Source of the DNA: Planctomycetota bacterium
GTDB taxonomy: Bacteria > Planctomycetota > Planctomycetia > Pirellulales > Pirellulaceae
NCBI GenBank assembly: GCA_036339635.1
Contig: JAYZAR010000043.1
Coordinates: forward strand, 10,906-74,905
Length of the DNA stretch: 64,000 bases
Direction of reading: 5' to 3'
Position 1 is the first letter of the stretch, and every line of letters begins with the position of its first letter. Below, in pieces: positions 37,230-48,400 of this stretch. The position numbers and the translations under genes are program-made. The notes beneath the pieces are model-generated. The model saw only the letters and a list, made by a program, of their open reading frames with translations, was not told the origin of the DNA and did not search any database.

Positions 37230-38459
37230 TTGAAACACATTGAATCGGTTTCGAAGGAACGCCAACAGCTCGAACAAATCGACTCCTTCCTGCTGCGGGC
37301 CGCGGAGCTCTTGCATCGCTACGGGACTCCGTCATTTCGTCTGGAAGGAGTGATGACGCGGGTAGCTACGACGCAGGGACTGCACAGCGAATTTTTGTAT
37401 ACCCCGACCGCGCTGTTCGTGGGTTTAGGGTACGGCGAATCGCAACGAACTTATGTTCGTCGTGTTCAAGCGGAAGAAACCGATATCAGCAAACTGTTAG
37501 CGCTCGATCAGATCTTAGAGGATTTGGAGTCTGGTCGGATCAGTGTTTCGGATGCGGCCGAACGATTGGAACAAACAGCATCGGACCCGCCACCGTTTCG
37601 ATTGCCCGTCGCCTTGCTCGCCTCGGCCATTGCCTGTTCAGGTGTGGCTGTCATCTTTGGTGGCAGCTGGCTGGAAACATTGATTGCTGGTTTTTTTGGC
37701 CTCGCGATTGCCTACCTTGCGATGGCGGTATCAGCGTTCACTCAGCGAGGTTTGCTGGAGCCGTTTCTGGGGTTCACCGTCGCACTCTGTGCGGTTGCTT
37801 TGGGGCATTGGTTGCCGGTCAACTACCGCTTAATCACGATGGCAGCATTGATTCTCCCCATCCCAGGTCTCACGCTAACGATTGCACTTACCGAGCTTGC
37901 ATTGCAACATCTGTCGTCGGGTAGCGCGAGATTGGCTGGTGCAATGGTCAGCTTGTTCACACTGGTTGTGGGTGTGGCGATCGCGTGGCGATTGACAGAC
38001 GCGTGGATCGAGCCGATGCGTGCCACGATGGACCCACTGCCGGGATGGTGCCTTTGGATTGCGGTTTCGGTAACACCGATCGCGTTGGCCATCGTGTTTA
38101 AAGCACCGATGTCACAGTGGCCTGCGATCATGTTGGTCGTGATCAGCGGTTTTTTGACCAGTCGGACCATGACAGAGATGGCGGGTCCAGAAGTGGGGGC
38201 TTTACTTGGCGCGATGGCGGTTGGCTGCGGGAGCAACATCTACGCTCGTCTTTTCAATCGACCGGCGATCATTCCGCAAACACCAGGATTATTGATCTTA
38301 GTTCCTGGAACGATCGGTTATTCTGCATTGACTGCGATGATCGATAACCAAACGATTCGTGGGGTGGAATTGGCGTTTTCGATGTCAATTCTTGGGGTGG
38401 CGTTGGTCGGCGGTCTGTTGCTGGCCAACCAGTTGATCTCGCCAAAGCGAATTCTATAG
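37230..38459 (+). CDS. Threonine/serine exporter family (ThrE + ThrE_2 fusion)
   Basis: 'LHRYGTPSFRLE', 'IPGLTLTIALTEL..SGSARL', 'PGLLILVPG'. About 10 TM segments. Confidence 0.88.
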   Translation: MKHIESVSKERQQLEQIDSFLLRAAELLHRYGTPSFRLEGVMTRVATTQGLHSEFLYTPTALFVGLGYGESQRTYVRRVQAEETDISKLLALDQILEDLESGRISVSDAAERLEQTASDPPPFRLPVALLASAIACSGVAVIFGGSWLETLIAGFFGLAIAYLAMAVSAFTQRGLLEPFLGFTVALCAVALGHWLPVNYRLITMAALILPIPGLTLTIALTELALQHLSSGSARLAGAMVSLFTLVVGVAIAWRLTDAWIEPMRATMDPLPGWCLWIAVSVTPIALAIVFKAPMSQWPAIMLVVISGFLTSRTMTEMAGPEVGALLGAMAVGCGSNIYARLFNRPAIIPQTPGLLILVPGTIGYSALTAMIDNQTIRGVELAFSMSILGVALVGGLLLANQLISPKRIL

Positions 38460-38569
38460 GCCGTTTCGCGGTCCCTTTTTGGATTCCGATCCACGCACCG
38501 CTAGATTCCACCTATGAGCGAAGTGTTCGGCAATCAGTGTGGTGAGATCAAACGGAAGGTTTGGGGGTG

Positions 38570-39481
38570 TTACCGAGATGCTTTTAGATTTGTGGAAACG
38601 GCTTTGAGCTTGGTTTGATTTGCGGAGTTTTCCGGTAGAGGATCGTCATGAAAAGCGGGTAGCAATTTGTCCGAGACCAGATTCAATTCCGCACCCATAT
38701 CTCGGGTATTCGCAGTCATCACGACAACGGCGTTTTGATCGGGCAGCAGGATGCAGAATTGACCGGCCATGCCGTCACCGCGAATCGCGTTGTGTCGACG
38801 ATGCCAGAATTGAAAGCCATAACCTTGGTTCCAGTCGCTATTCGGATTGGTTCCGTTGGAGACTTGTTTGCTGGTCGCCATCTTGACCCACTCCGATGGT
38901 ACGGTCTGCTCCTCTTGCCATATCCCTCGTTGGAGGAATAGTTGACCGAATTTTGCAATGTCTTCCGTGCGCAGATACAAACCGTAACCTCCGATTGAGA
39001 TGCCATTTGGACTCTCGTTCCAGGTTGGCGTCTCGATCCTAAGTGGTTGGAACAAATGGCTGTCGAGATAGTCGCGTACCGTTTGCCCAGTGACTTGCTG
39101 GACGATTGCATACTGCATGAACGTCGCAGGGGTTTTGTACTGAAAATGGGTTCCAGGTTTGTGCGGGACGTCGTGGTTCAAAAACCCCCGCACCCAATCG
39201 TTTGATCGCCGCAGGTTGACTTCTGTTTGATGCCCTGCGGTCATGGTCAATAAATCGCGAACACGCATCGCTGCGAGATTTGTTGACGGATCATTGGGGC
39301 GTCGTTCGGGAAAAATGATATGACGCGATCTTCGATCGAAAGCTTTCCATCTGAAACAACTAGCCCCACAGCGGTCGAAGTGAAACTCTTGCTCAAAGAC
39401 GACAAAATGTGCGGTTTGTTGGTGATTCAGGTGCCCACCAGGCCTCGGCCAAAACCTTTCCATTACGCAGCAGCATGAAGC
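38570..39481 (-). pseudogene. Serine hydrolase (class C beta-lactamase-like), 5'-truncated and frameshifted
   Basis: Reconstructed across frames: FMLLRNGKVLAEAWWAPES / NKPHILSSLSKSFTSTAVGL..ISFFPND / PNDPSTNLAAMRVRDLLTM. SxxK is present. Frameshifts near 39421 and 39298. Confidence 0.85.
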
Positions 39482-39962
39482 AAGTCTTGTTCCCCTCTGG
39501 CGCGGCGGGAAAGTGCGACGAAAAACACCACTTTATTGGTATTTTTACGGTGCCAACGGAAATCACAAAGTTGCAATTCGAACTGGCGATTGGAAACTTT
39601 CCCCTGAACTAGATGCCGATCCGATTCGACAACGCGGTGGCATTGATTCAATGGATCAGCAGGTTATCAAGACGGCGAAGCTTAGCAGAATGGACCTTTA
39701 CAATCTCGCTGAGGATATTAGCGAAACGACCGACCTCAAAGAATGCTATCCGGATCGATTCGCGGAGATGCGAGTGCTTTTGGAATCAAAGTATCGCGAG
39801 GTTCAAGCGGAGAGTCCGACTTGGCCTGAATGGGAGTCTGTCCGCTATGGAAGCCAGCGAATTCAATGGCCCGCGTACCGCGGTGCACGAGGTGTACAGG
39901 CACGAACTCCAGCAATTCCAGCCGATTATCACGACAACCCGAGCTTGCTGGGAATCGATTGA
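39480..39962 (+). pseudogene. C-terminal fragment of a sulfatase
   Basis: 'ASLVPLWRGGKVRRKTPLYW', 'VAIRTGDWKL', 'LYNLAEDISETTDL..YPDR'. The catalytic N-terminus is missing. Confidence 0.82.
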
Positions 39963-39967
39963 TACGA

Positions 39968-40705
39968 CTATCGGTATACCGGTAGTGACGTTCGCAGTAG
40001 CCGCATGAATCTCGCCAACAGGGCATCTGTTTGGGGTGTCGTCTTTAGGTCTTTCGAGAATTCCTCAATCGATTTGCCACTAATCTGCTCGACATAGCTG
40101 GGGTACGCACGGAGCCGTTGCAGCAAAGCGACGCGATCGAGTTCAGGATGGAACTGAGTGCAGTAAATGGGTTTGCCTGGGATGCAGAACGCTTGATTGG
40201 CAACTTTGTTCGATGAGGCGAGACACACCGCTTGGCTCGGCAGTTTTGTAACGCAATCTTGGTGACCCATGGGTGCGAGAAACCGATCTCCCAGGGGTGC
40301 GAACAATGGATCACGTCGTCCGGCTTCGGTCAGGTGTACTTCGACAGCGCCGATTTCCGCACGATTTTTATCGGTGACTACCTCGCCGCCGAGTGCTTTT
40401 GCCATCGCTTGGAAACCCCAGCAGGAGGCAAAAGTTGGTTTGTTGAGATCATAGAGTTCGCGCATCGCCGCCAAAGCAGGTGGTAGCCACTGACCACCTT
40501 CGGCGACCGAATAATCGCCGCTACCACCAAGCAGCACTACATCGTAAGGTTCCAAGTCGGCACCCGTAGGGAAGCCGCTAAGTAGATCAAACACGCTGAT
40601 TTGTGCTGGCTCGCAATTCAGGGCGCGGGCAAAGCAGGAGACCTCTTGCTGCCGCATCGGATCGTCGCTGTTTCGAACTTGCAAAAGTAAAAATTGATCC
40701 ATCAC
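39968..40705 (-). CDS. Type 1 glutamine amidotransferase (GMP synthase-like, stand-alone)
   Basis: 'LLGGSG', nucleophile 'ASCWGFQ', 'HQD', 'TQFHPE'. Confidence 0.92.
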   Translation of the reverse strand: MMDQFLLLQVRNSDDPMRQQEVSCFARALNCEPAQISVFDLLSGFPTGADLEPYDVVLLGGSGDYSVAEGGQWLPPALAAMRELYDLNKPTFASCWGFQAMAKALGGEVVTDKNRAEIGAVEVHLTEAGRRDPLFAPLGDRFLAPMGHQDCVTKLPSQAVCLASSNKVANQAFCIPGKPIYCTQFHPELDRVALLQRLRAYPSYVEQISGKSIEEFSKDLKTTPQTDALLARFMRLLRTSLPVYR

Positions 40706-40730
40706 AACGTTGAAGAAAATGAGTGAGTTG

Positions 40731-40872
40731 AGAAAGCAATCTGGTGCGGGGGACCCGACCGCTTCTTCCCCTTCGGTACTAGTTGAACGAGAGTTCCCGG
40801 TCAGGCTCCGCGTCTCGTTCCGTTTGTAACATTACTCAGGGTGGATGTTGGCGACGCGCATCAATGCTTTCC
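40731..40872 (-). ncRNA. Candidate 6S RNA-like rod-shaped ncRNA
   Basis: Terminal stem GAAAGCA/TGCTTTC, inner perfect stem GAACGAGA/TCTCGTTC and a central bubble. On the minus strand 'CCCTGAG-TAATGTTACAAAC' and 'CGTTCAACTAGTACCGAAGGG' resemble enterobacterial 6S elements as I recall them. Strand is not certain. Confidence 0.55.
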
Positions 40873-40891
40873 GCGAAGCATGTCTGCGAGG

Positions 40892-40900
40892 AAAGTAACA
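40892..40900 (-). promoter_or_regulatory. Possible extended -10 promoter element for the 6S-like RNA
   Basis: Minus strand TGTTACTTT (TGn-TAnnnT) about 20 nt upstream of the hairpin. Confidence 0.3.
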
Positions 40901-41238
40901 TCGGTCGAATCCAACAGTTTAGCGGCGCGACGCAGCGAGGAATGTAATCGTATTATCCTGCTGGGCCTCTTTACTCCCGCATGCGACCGCATCCCCCCCC
41001 TCGCAAGCCCGCGTGCGAACCTCCGGGCTACAGAGTACGAAATGACACAGATTGCATCTAGCGTGTGAAAATCCGCACTCTGGCAGGATTGTCGTCGGCC
41101 GGATGAGAATAAGTGCATCACGGGATTACGCGGCTACTTCAGTTTTCTCTCGATTGGCCCGCCGGACGGCACATTGATTGCGGTGACTTAACTTGGAATC
41201 AGGTGTGTGGTTCGTCACCGACGGTATTTTTGGAGCAG

Positions 41239-41898
41239 GTTAGTTTTGATCAAGACGCATTTCACCAACGGGGGAAGGCGTTAGAGGACGAATTTTTTCT
41301 TCAACTCGATCAGAAACTGCTAGCGGATTTGAAGGTAGCCGATAATCGGGAAAATCTGAAACAGCAACTTCCCTCGGTAACGAGCTTCCAGGATGACCAG
41401 TGGTTGGTGGATTTGATTGATGGCGGCTTTCAACCCACGACGTTAGCTGCCTGGCATTGGTGCTTGCGGTTTTCTCGCTTGGGCCGACAGTTCGGTGACG
41501 CTGTTGGAGCGACAGGCAGTCACGAACGCGGCGTTACGTCGAGAAATCGAAGAACAGTTGCTCGTGTTGCAGTTACTTGAAAACTCGTTAAAAAAAGTTC
41601 ACCATGCTCTTTGTGGAAGAAATATTTCAGTGCAGCATACCTGGCGTTCTCTGACTCTTCGCGTGAAACACTGGCTAACGAAGTTCGTCAGCAAGCTAGA
41701 AGGGTCGCGAAATCCTCAGGAAGAACACTACGGTTCGGTAAAGTCTCCGATGCTGAGCAAGCGATTTTTGACGAAATCGATACGCTGTTCAGTAACGAAT
41801 TGAGCGTCACTCTCGCTCAGAAGACCCGAATCGAATGGCGACTCGGACATGCTCAAAACCGATTCGTGAGGTGGTTCGGTTACGTCTTGAGCCCGTGA
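41239..41898 (+). pseudogene. Frameshifted conserved planctomycete hypothetical protein (TerB-like helical)
   Basis: Pieces in three frames: 'DAFHQRGKALEDEFFLQLDQKLL' / 'AWADSSVTLLERQAV' / 'QARRVAKSSGRTLRFGKVSDAEQAIFDEI'. Confidence 0.7.
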
Positions 41899-42241
41899 GC
41901 CTGCACGGCAACGCTTGAAAGTCGACTTTGTCGTTTTGTAACGTACTTGCTCACCGTTGCGTGCTTTTACTTCTGGAAAAGTGTGAACGCCGGATTGCAT
42001 GACCGCAGCCAGGAATTGGCGAAACGAGATGCAATCAAACGTTTGTTTGTCGGTGCGATTTTGTGTCGATCAGTGGCTGGAGAAAATCGGTCGAGAATCG
42101 GGTTTAATCCCCTGCAACGCGTGGCGATCGCAGCCATTCGGAAATGTTAGGCTGAGATTCGATTTGGTTAAACCACTAGGGGACCGAATCGATTCAGCCC
42201 CAAACCAATGCTTTAAATCGATGGCCATTTCAGGCCAAGAA

Positions 42242-42669
42242 TTAAAATCTCAGCACCAGGGTTGGGGATTGAGTTGGTCGCAAGACCCGTTCAGCGAAAG
42301 AACCCAGCAGAATGTGCTTGAAGAATCTGTGACCATGCGATGGCATGACACTTCGTTCGGCTCCTTCTGCATTCGCCAGTTCCACGATTTCGCGACCTGC
42401 ATCGTCGATCTTCGTGTGAATTTTGACATTCGCATATTTGGGATCACTTGGGCGGTTCTCGAGGTTCTTCCTCACGGCGGCAATCCAGCTTTTGATTCGT
42501 GACGGTTCCAAGGAGGTTGCCCTGGTTCCATGGTGGTCATTTTGATCAGCACATGGACGACATGAATGGTGCGATCACCGATGATTTCGATCGCCTTTTC
42601 CAAGGCGTCAAACGAAAGATCGCTGAAATCAATCGGTAGGACTGTGGTTTTCGAATGTAGCGCAGTCAT
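42242..42669 (-). pseudogene. Universal stress protein, frameshifted
   Basis: 'VLPIDFSDLS..AL..IHVVHV' in one frame and 'VMPSHG..FKHILLGSFAERVLR..SPTLVLR' in another. Shift near 42510. Confidence 0.85.
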
Positions 42670-42987
42670 CGGTTGTCTCCAGTCAGGACAGCGGAATAGC
42701 TGAGAACCGCAAAATGAGTGCCGTGATCCAAGAACCAAAAGAAATCACCTGTTTTTTGCGATTTGGCTTGGATGTGTGACTGGATGATGCTGCAAGCATG
42801 ACTGACGCGCGCAGATCTGCGAGATAAGTTTACTGAGATAATTCGCTCGTACGATTTCACCGATTCATTTCAGGTGTCGGCGGGCAGATCTTTGCAGGAA
42901 CGCGACGGTACCTCAAGGATTTTGGAATCAAAAGAGTCTCGGGCAATCTAATTCAGGATGCCAAGCGAAGCATTCAAGTGGTCATCT

Positions 42988-44814
42988 TCAACGTGGCGGG
43001 ACATGCGAAAAAGTGGAATCCAGCATCTCGTAAGCAGCCTGACGCATCTCTATGGGAAAGTCATGTTGGCAATCAGGATGATGAACGATGAGCCGATCTG
43101 GTTGACCATGCAATGCGAATACTTTGCCGGCTTCTGTCGTTAGCTGTCGAACACTTTCGACACGGAAGTTGCTGTCGTGGAGTGGTGCGACAACCAACAC
43201 GTGCCTTGGAGCAAGTAATGCGACGAGCTCATGAAAATCGAAAGGAATGTCCTCCAAGCGATTTCGATAATGGGCTAGTCGTGGCATGTAGCGAGTTTGT
43301 GTCCAGCCCTGTCCGGGCATCCAACGAGCTGGGTCACCGCCGTAATAGTCTTGGTATAAATCGAGACCACAGCTTGAGATGATTGCTTTGATTCTGGTGT
43401 CATGAGCAGCGGTGTAAACCGCATTGTGTCCGCCCAAAGAGTGTCCGATTGCACCGATTGCATCTTTGCGAACGAATGGTAGAGATTGCAGCAGGTCGAT
43501 TCCTCGAATGTTGTCCCAGACCGCTTTGAGTGTGCCACTTTCCCAGCCAAGGGTTTGGAGATCGGGTTGGTAATCGGCGAGTTGCGGGTAGCTGGGTGAC
43601 AACGTCACGTAACCACGTTCAGCGAGTTCACTGGCGTATTGTCGATTGGGTTTACCGCCGAGTCCGACAACTACATCATGCCCCACTTTGTTGTCGGTGG
43701 GGTGCAAACAGAGGATGGCGGGGGCCGGTACGCTGTTCTGTTCGAGAAGCGGTTTTGGAATGCATAAGTAGGCGGGTGTCTGACTTGTGAATTCAGAATG
43801 GTAGATGATTTTTTTACGGACATAGCTGCCACAATCGACTTCTTGAAGCACGGTGACGTTTGGTGGTTGCTGTTGTCGGGAGGGCAAGCGACCCATGACG
43901 GCTTCCATTCCATATCGGATCGCGGCGGCACGCGTTTGCCACTGATCGGAACTTTCAGCGAGTGTACGCTCGCCGTTCTGATCGGTTGTCGAGAGGATCT
44001 GGTGACGATTTTCAAGTCGTTTACGTTTTGCCGTGTCACTCTCGATCCATTGCAGGACGGTAAAGATAGGGCGGTGGTCGGAGGCGATTGGTTCTTCTAA
44101 GACTTTCGTTTTAATCACCTTCCATTGATCGGATGTTCGAAAGAAAACGAAATCAATTTGCCGGGTTGGATGCGAGGAAGGAATGGTTGGTAGCTCTGGA
44201 CCAGCAATGGTCCAATGTTTCGTGAGTGTCTCAAGCACAGTCGTCTCACGGGTCGCATTGATGTCACCTGCCAAGATCGCGGGCGCATTGGCGTTGGAGG
44301 AGACGCGTGCGTTCACTGCAACCGCTGACGCAACCCGTTCGCGATCATCCCGGCGATGGTCGAAGTGCGTTCCAAAGACCTTCAGCGGCATACCGAAAAA
44401 CCAAACCTTGGCCTCGATTAATCCTCGCTGTTCACCTTGATCCAAGTTTGGGAGTCGGTGGTTCCGATGTTCGATCAAGGGCAGCCTTGTCAGCAATGCG
44501 TTTCCGTACTGCCCGCCCTGAAGGTCGATATTTGCGCCAAAAATAGCCTGCAGACCTGTGAGCTTAGCCAATTGACTTGCCTGATCAATCGAGCCGCTAC
44601 GAGTGACGGTACGATCGACCTCTTGCAAAAAAACAAGATCGGGATCAACGCTGCGAATCGTCTGGGCAATTCTTTCCAGGTCGATCTTCTGATCGGTCCC
44701 GGCACCGTGGTGAATGTTGTAGGTTAGGACGCGAAGTTGGTCTGGGGGCCGCTCGGCTGATACGAACGACACGAATAGTCCACAAAGTAACCAACAGATT
44801 ATTCGGTTCAACAT
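42988..44814 (-). CDS. Endonuclease/exonuclease/phosphatase domain fused to alpha/beta hydrolase (dienelactone hydrolase-like)
   Basis: 'TYNIHHG', LQEVD, GDIN, 'IDFVF', SDHRP, followed by 'GHSLGGH', 'LHDSNF', 'HDFP'. Confidence 0.9.
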   Translation of the reverse strand: MLNRIICWLLCGLFVSFVSAERPPDQLRVLTYNIHHGAGTDQKIDLERIAQTIRSVDPDLVFLQEVDRTVTRSGSIDQASQLAKLTGLQAIFGANIDLQGGQYGNALLTRLPLIEHRNHRLPNLDQGEQRGLIEAKVWFFGMPLKVFGTHFDHRRDDRERVASAVAVNARVSSNANAPAILAGDINATRETTVLETLTKHWTIAGPELPTIPSSHPTRQIDFVFFRTSDQWKVIKTKVLEEPIASDHRPIFTVLQWIESDTAKRKRLENRHQILSTTDQNGERTLAESSDQWQTRAAAIRYGMEAVMGRLPSRQQQPPNVTVLQEVDCGSYVRKKIIYHSEFTSQTPAYLCIPKPLLEQNSVPAPAILCLHPTDNKVGHDVVVGLGGKPNRQYASELAERGYVTLSPSYPQLADYQPDLQTLGWESGTLKAVWDNIRGIDLLQSLPFVRKDAIGAIGHSLGGHNAVYTAAHDTRIKAIISSCGLDLYQDYYGGDPARWMPGQGWTQTRYMPRLAHYRNRLEDIPFDFHELVALLAPRHVLVVAPLHDSNFRVESVRQLTTEAGKVFALHGQPDRLIVHHPDCQHDFPIEMRQAAYEMLDSTFSHVPPR

Positions 44815-44835
44815 GCGACAATCCTCAGAGCCCGG

Positions 44836-45264
44836 TTAAATGATCGAGCGACTGTAACTGAATACGAACAGAGCCAAGTGAATCGCTAGCAGCGAAATGG
44901 CGGTTTTTCGAAAAGCCGAGTACAAGCCGAAGACGGATAAGACACAACCCAAGGCAGCAACCAAGGCTCCGCCACTGGGAAACCACCAAGCCGCGACAGA
45001 AGCAAATCCGAGCACCATGATCGCGGCCGCGACAGCACCCATCGCGGTATATCGGATTGGGCCGACATCGTAAAAAGGCTCGATGGCGCGTTCTGCCGCA
45101 GGCACGGTAGGGTCGACGGCAAAAGGAGAGCCGACGCGGATATTTGTGGTAGATGTGTCTTCCACCACAACGTGTCCCGCGTCAGAACCTGTCGTCGAGG
45201 GAGACGAATTGGTTGCTGAGGTGAGATTGCCTATGTTCAGTGGCTCTTCAGTGTTTTCGGTCAT
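44836..45264 (-). CDS. Hypothetical membrane protein
   Basis: 'VGSPFA' motif and three C-terminal TM helices. Co-oriented with the next gene. Confidence 0.7.
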   Translation of the reverse strand: MTENTEEPLNIGNLTSATNSSPSTTGSDAGHVVVEDTSTTNIRVGSPFAVDPTVPAAERAIEPFYDVGPIRYTAMGAVAAAIMVLGFASVAAWWFPSGGALVAALGCVLSVFGLYSAFRKTAISLLAIHLALFVFSYSRSII

Positions 45265-45488
45265 GGAGCGGACGATTTTCAACCTTGGATTATGAGTGGC
45301 AAAACCCCGTCAATTCACTCGGCTGGAGCGATTCCCGTCGGTGATCTTAGTTGCCAGTTTATCGTGTCTCTGAGTATCCTAGGACAGCTTCTGGCCGTCG
45401 AATTCTACCGAATTGTGTGTCGTTGCGTTTTCGGTTCGGCCCGATGGTGTACATCTCGTTGTTCCCTTTATAGGCAATAAATTTTCGA

Positions 45489-48400
45489 ATGTTTGACTCG
45501 TTGCGTTTTGGTTTGCTTGGATTTGGTTTCCTGATTGTTTCGATATCGATTCAGGCCCAACAGGCTGACTTCAAGCAACCAGAGCCACTGGAACCGGAGA
45601 TTGCGGCGGCATCGGACGAGGGGGCAGAGGCGATGTCCGCGATTCGGATTCCCGAAGGATGGGAGATCGCACTCTTCGCTGCAGAGCCTGACATTGCGAA
45701 TGTGGTCGCTTTCGATATCGACCATCGAGGACGGATTTTCGCTTGCGAGACATTTCGCCAGAATCGTGGTGTTACCGATAATCGCGCACACGATGAAGCA
45801 TGGCAACTGGCCGATCTGGCCTCCGAAACGGTTCAAGATCGGATCGATTACCACAAGCGTCTCTTGGGTGAAGCCGCCATCACCTATGCGCAACATGATG
45901 ATCGGATCCGGAGATTAGAAGATTCGGATGGCGATGGCAAAATCGACCGAAGTTATGTGGTGGCGAATGGATTCAATCGGCTCGAAGATGGAACTGGGGC
46001 GGGTGTGCTGGTACGAGGGAATGAGATTTTTTACGCCTGTATTCCCAAACTTTGGAAACTTTCCGATCTGGATGACGACGGGAACGCTGATCAGCGCAAG
46101 GTGTTGGCTGACGGTTTTGGGGTCCGCGTCGCGTTTCGGGGACATGACATGCACGGTTTCGTCATGGGACCCGATGGCCGACTCTACTTTAGTGTTGGTG
46201 ACCGTGGATATCACGTTACGACAGAAGACGGGAGGTTGTTAGCAGATCCATCATCTGGCGCTGTGTTTCGCTGTGAACTAGACGGTTCGAACCTGGAGGT
46301 CTTTGCCACGGGATTGCGAAATCCGCAAGAATTGGCGTTTAACGATGTCGGTGATTTATTTTCGGTCGACAACAACAGTGATAGCGGTGATCGAGCTCGA
46401 ATCGTTCATCTGTTAGAAGGTGGCGATTCGGGATGGCGGATGTACTACCAATATTTGCCCGATCGCGGCCCATTCAATCGGGAGCGAATCTGGGAGCCAA
46501 TTCATGCTGGTCAGCCAGCCTACATCGTACCGCCAATCGCCAATTTCAGTGACGGTCCAAGCGGCTTCGCACATTATCCAGGCACGGGATTTGGTGACGC
46601 ATTGAAGGATACGTTTTTCATTTGTGATTTTCGTGGTGGGCCCGCCAATAGCGGGATTCGTACTTTTAACCTTTCACCCAGCGGTGCCTTTTATCAGCTC
46701 GAAACCGATTCCGACCCGATTTGGACTGTGTTGGCGACAGACCTTGCTTTCGGGCCAGATGGGGCGCTTTACATCAGCGATTGGGTTGATGGGTGGGACG
46801 GCTTGGGAAAAGGTCGCATTTATCGTCTGACCGATCCGGAACATCGTGGGACACCTGTCGTAAAAGAGGTTCAGCAGTTGTTAGCCTCGCAATGGTCTGG
46901 CCAGACGACCGAGCAATTGATCAGCCACCTCGGACATATTGATCGACGGGTGCGATTGGAGTCACAGTGGGAATTGGCCCGTCGTGCAGATGTGGCAACA
47001 CTCATCGGCGTGTTGAATGATGCCGAGGCTGGAAAATGGAAACGTTTGCACGCGATTTGGGGAATCGATCAAATTGCGCGCCTGGAGCCAGGGCGACGCG
47101 AGTTACTCTTGGCGGCGATACGGCCTCTGCTCAGTGATCGGGATGCGACGCTCCGAGCGGCGGCAGCCAAAATGGTTGGAGAACGTTTGGATGTCGGGTC
47201 AACTGAAAAGTTGCAGAGACTGATGTCTGATAAGTCAGACCGAGTCCGGTACTTCGCTTGCTTGTCACTCGCAAAACTGCGTGCACAACCAGCTTTGGCC
47301 ACAGTGATCCGAATGATCGCAGAGAATAAGGATCGGGACCCCGCGATTCGCCATGCGGGTGTGATTTACTTGGCAAGCTTGAATCAACCGGAGAAAATCG
47401 GTTGGTTGAGTCGACATCCTAGCGAGTCGGTACGGTTGGCTGCCGCCGTTGCTCTCCGAAGACTTCGTAGTGGTGAGTTAGCAAAGTTTTTGAATGATGA
47501 CAGTGACGTAGTTGTTGCCGAGGCGGCGCGGGCGATTCACGATTTGCCCATTCCGGTTGCCATGCAGTCGCTCGCCAGTTTGATCGATGGCGATCTGGCA
47601 AAGGGCGATTTAAATCGGAGAATCTTAAACGCCAATTTCCGCTTGGGGACCGAGGATGCTGCCAAGGCTTTAGGGGATTATGCTTCGCGAAATTCTGCAC
47701 CGGCTGAAATGCGAGTCGAAGCGTTGCGCATGTTGGCAGATTGGGCTCGACCGGATCCGCGAGATCGGGTGGTGAACGATTATCGCCCCCTAAGCCCTCG
47801 CGATCAGAAACAGGCCGCCGCCGCATTGGAGCGACACATTGAGAGTTTGGTGACTGCTGAAGATCTTGTCCGCGATGCAGCCATCGAGGTCGCGGCCGGC
47901 TTGGGAATTCGGAAAATCGCGCCGATGTTGGTTGAACGGGTCGGGGACAGTCAAATCCAGCCCGAACAACGGGCAACCGCACTAGAGAGCTTGGCACGGC
48001 TGCAGCCAGCAGTCGCTGTGAATTTAGCCAAACAAGTCAAAATGTTGCCCCCTACGGAGTTGGTGCCTGCTGCATTACGAGTGCTCGCCACCCATGACGC
48101 AAAGAATTCATTGCCAAAATTCGTCCAAGCGATTCAGAGTCGCAATGTCATAATTCGGCAATTGGGTTGGGATATTCTGGCCAAAGATGAAACAACTGAT
48201 GGGCGGCAAGTGATTGCTGATGCTGTAGAAAGTTGGCTCCGAAACGAACTTGCCCCCGACGTCCATTTGAATGTCTTCGAGGCATCCAAAGATAAGTTAG
48301 ACGATGATTTGCAATCAAAACTCGATGCGCGTTTAAAAGCGATCGAACAATCTGAGCCCTTGGGGCCATGGTTGATGGCGTTAGAGGGTGGGGATGTCGA

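Noticed and set aside
40795-40815. SRP (4.5S) RNA, suggested by GGTCAGG
   Set aside because: The conserved CCGGAAGGAAGCAG domain-IV sequence is absent.
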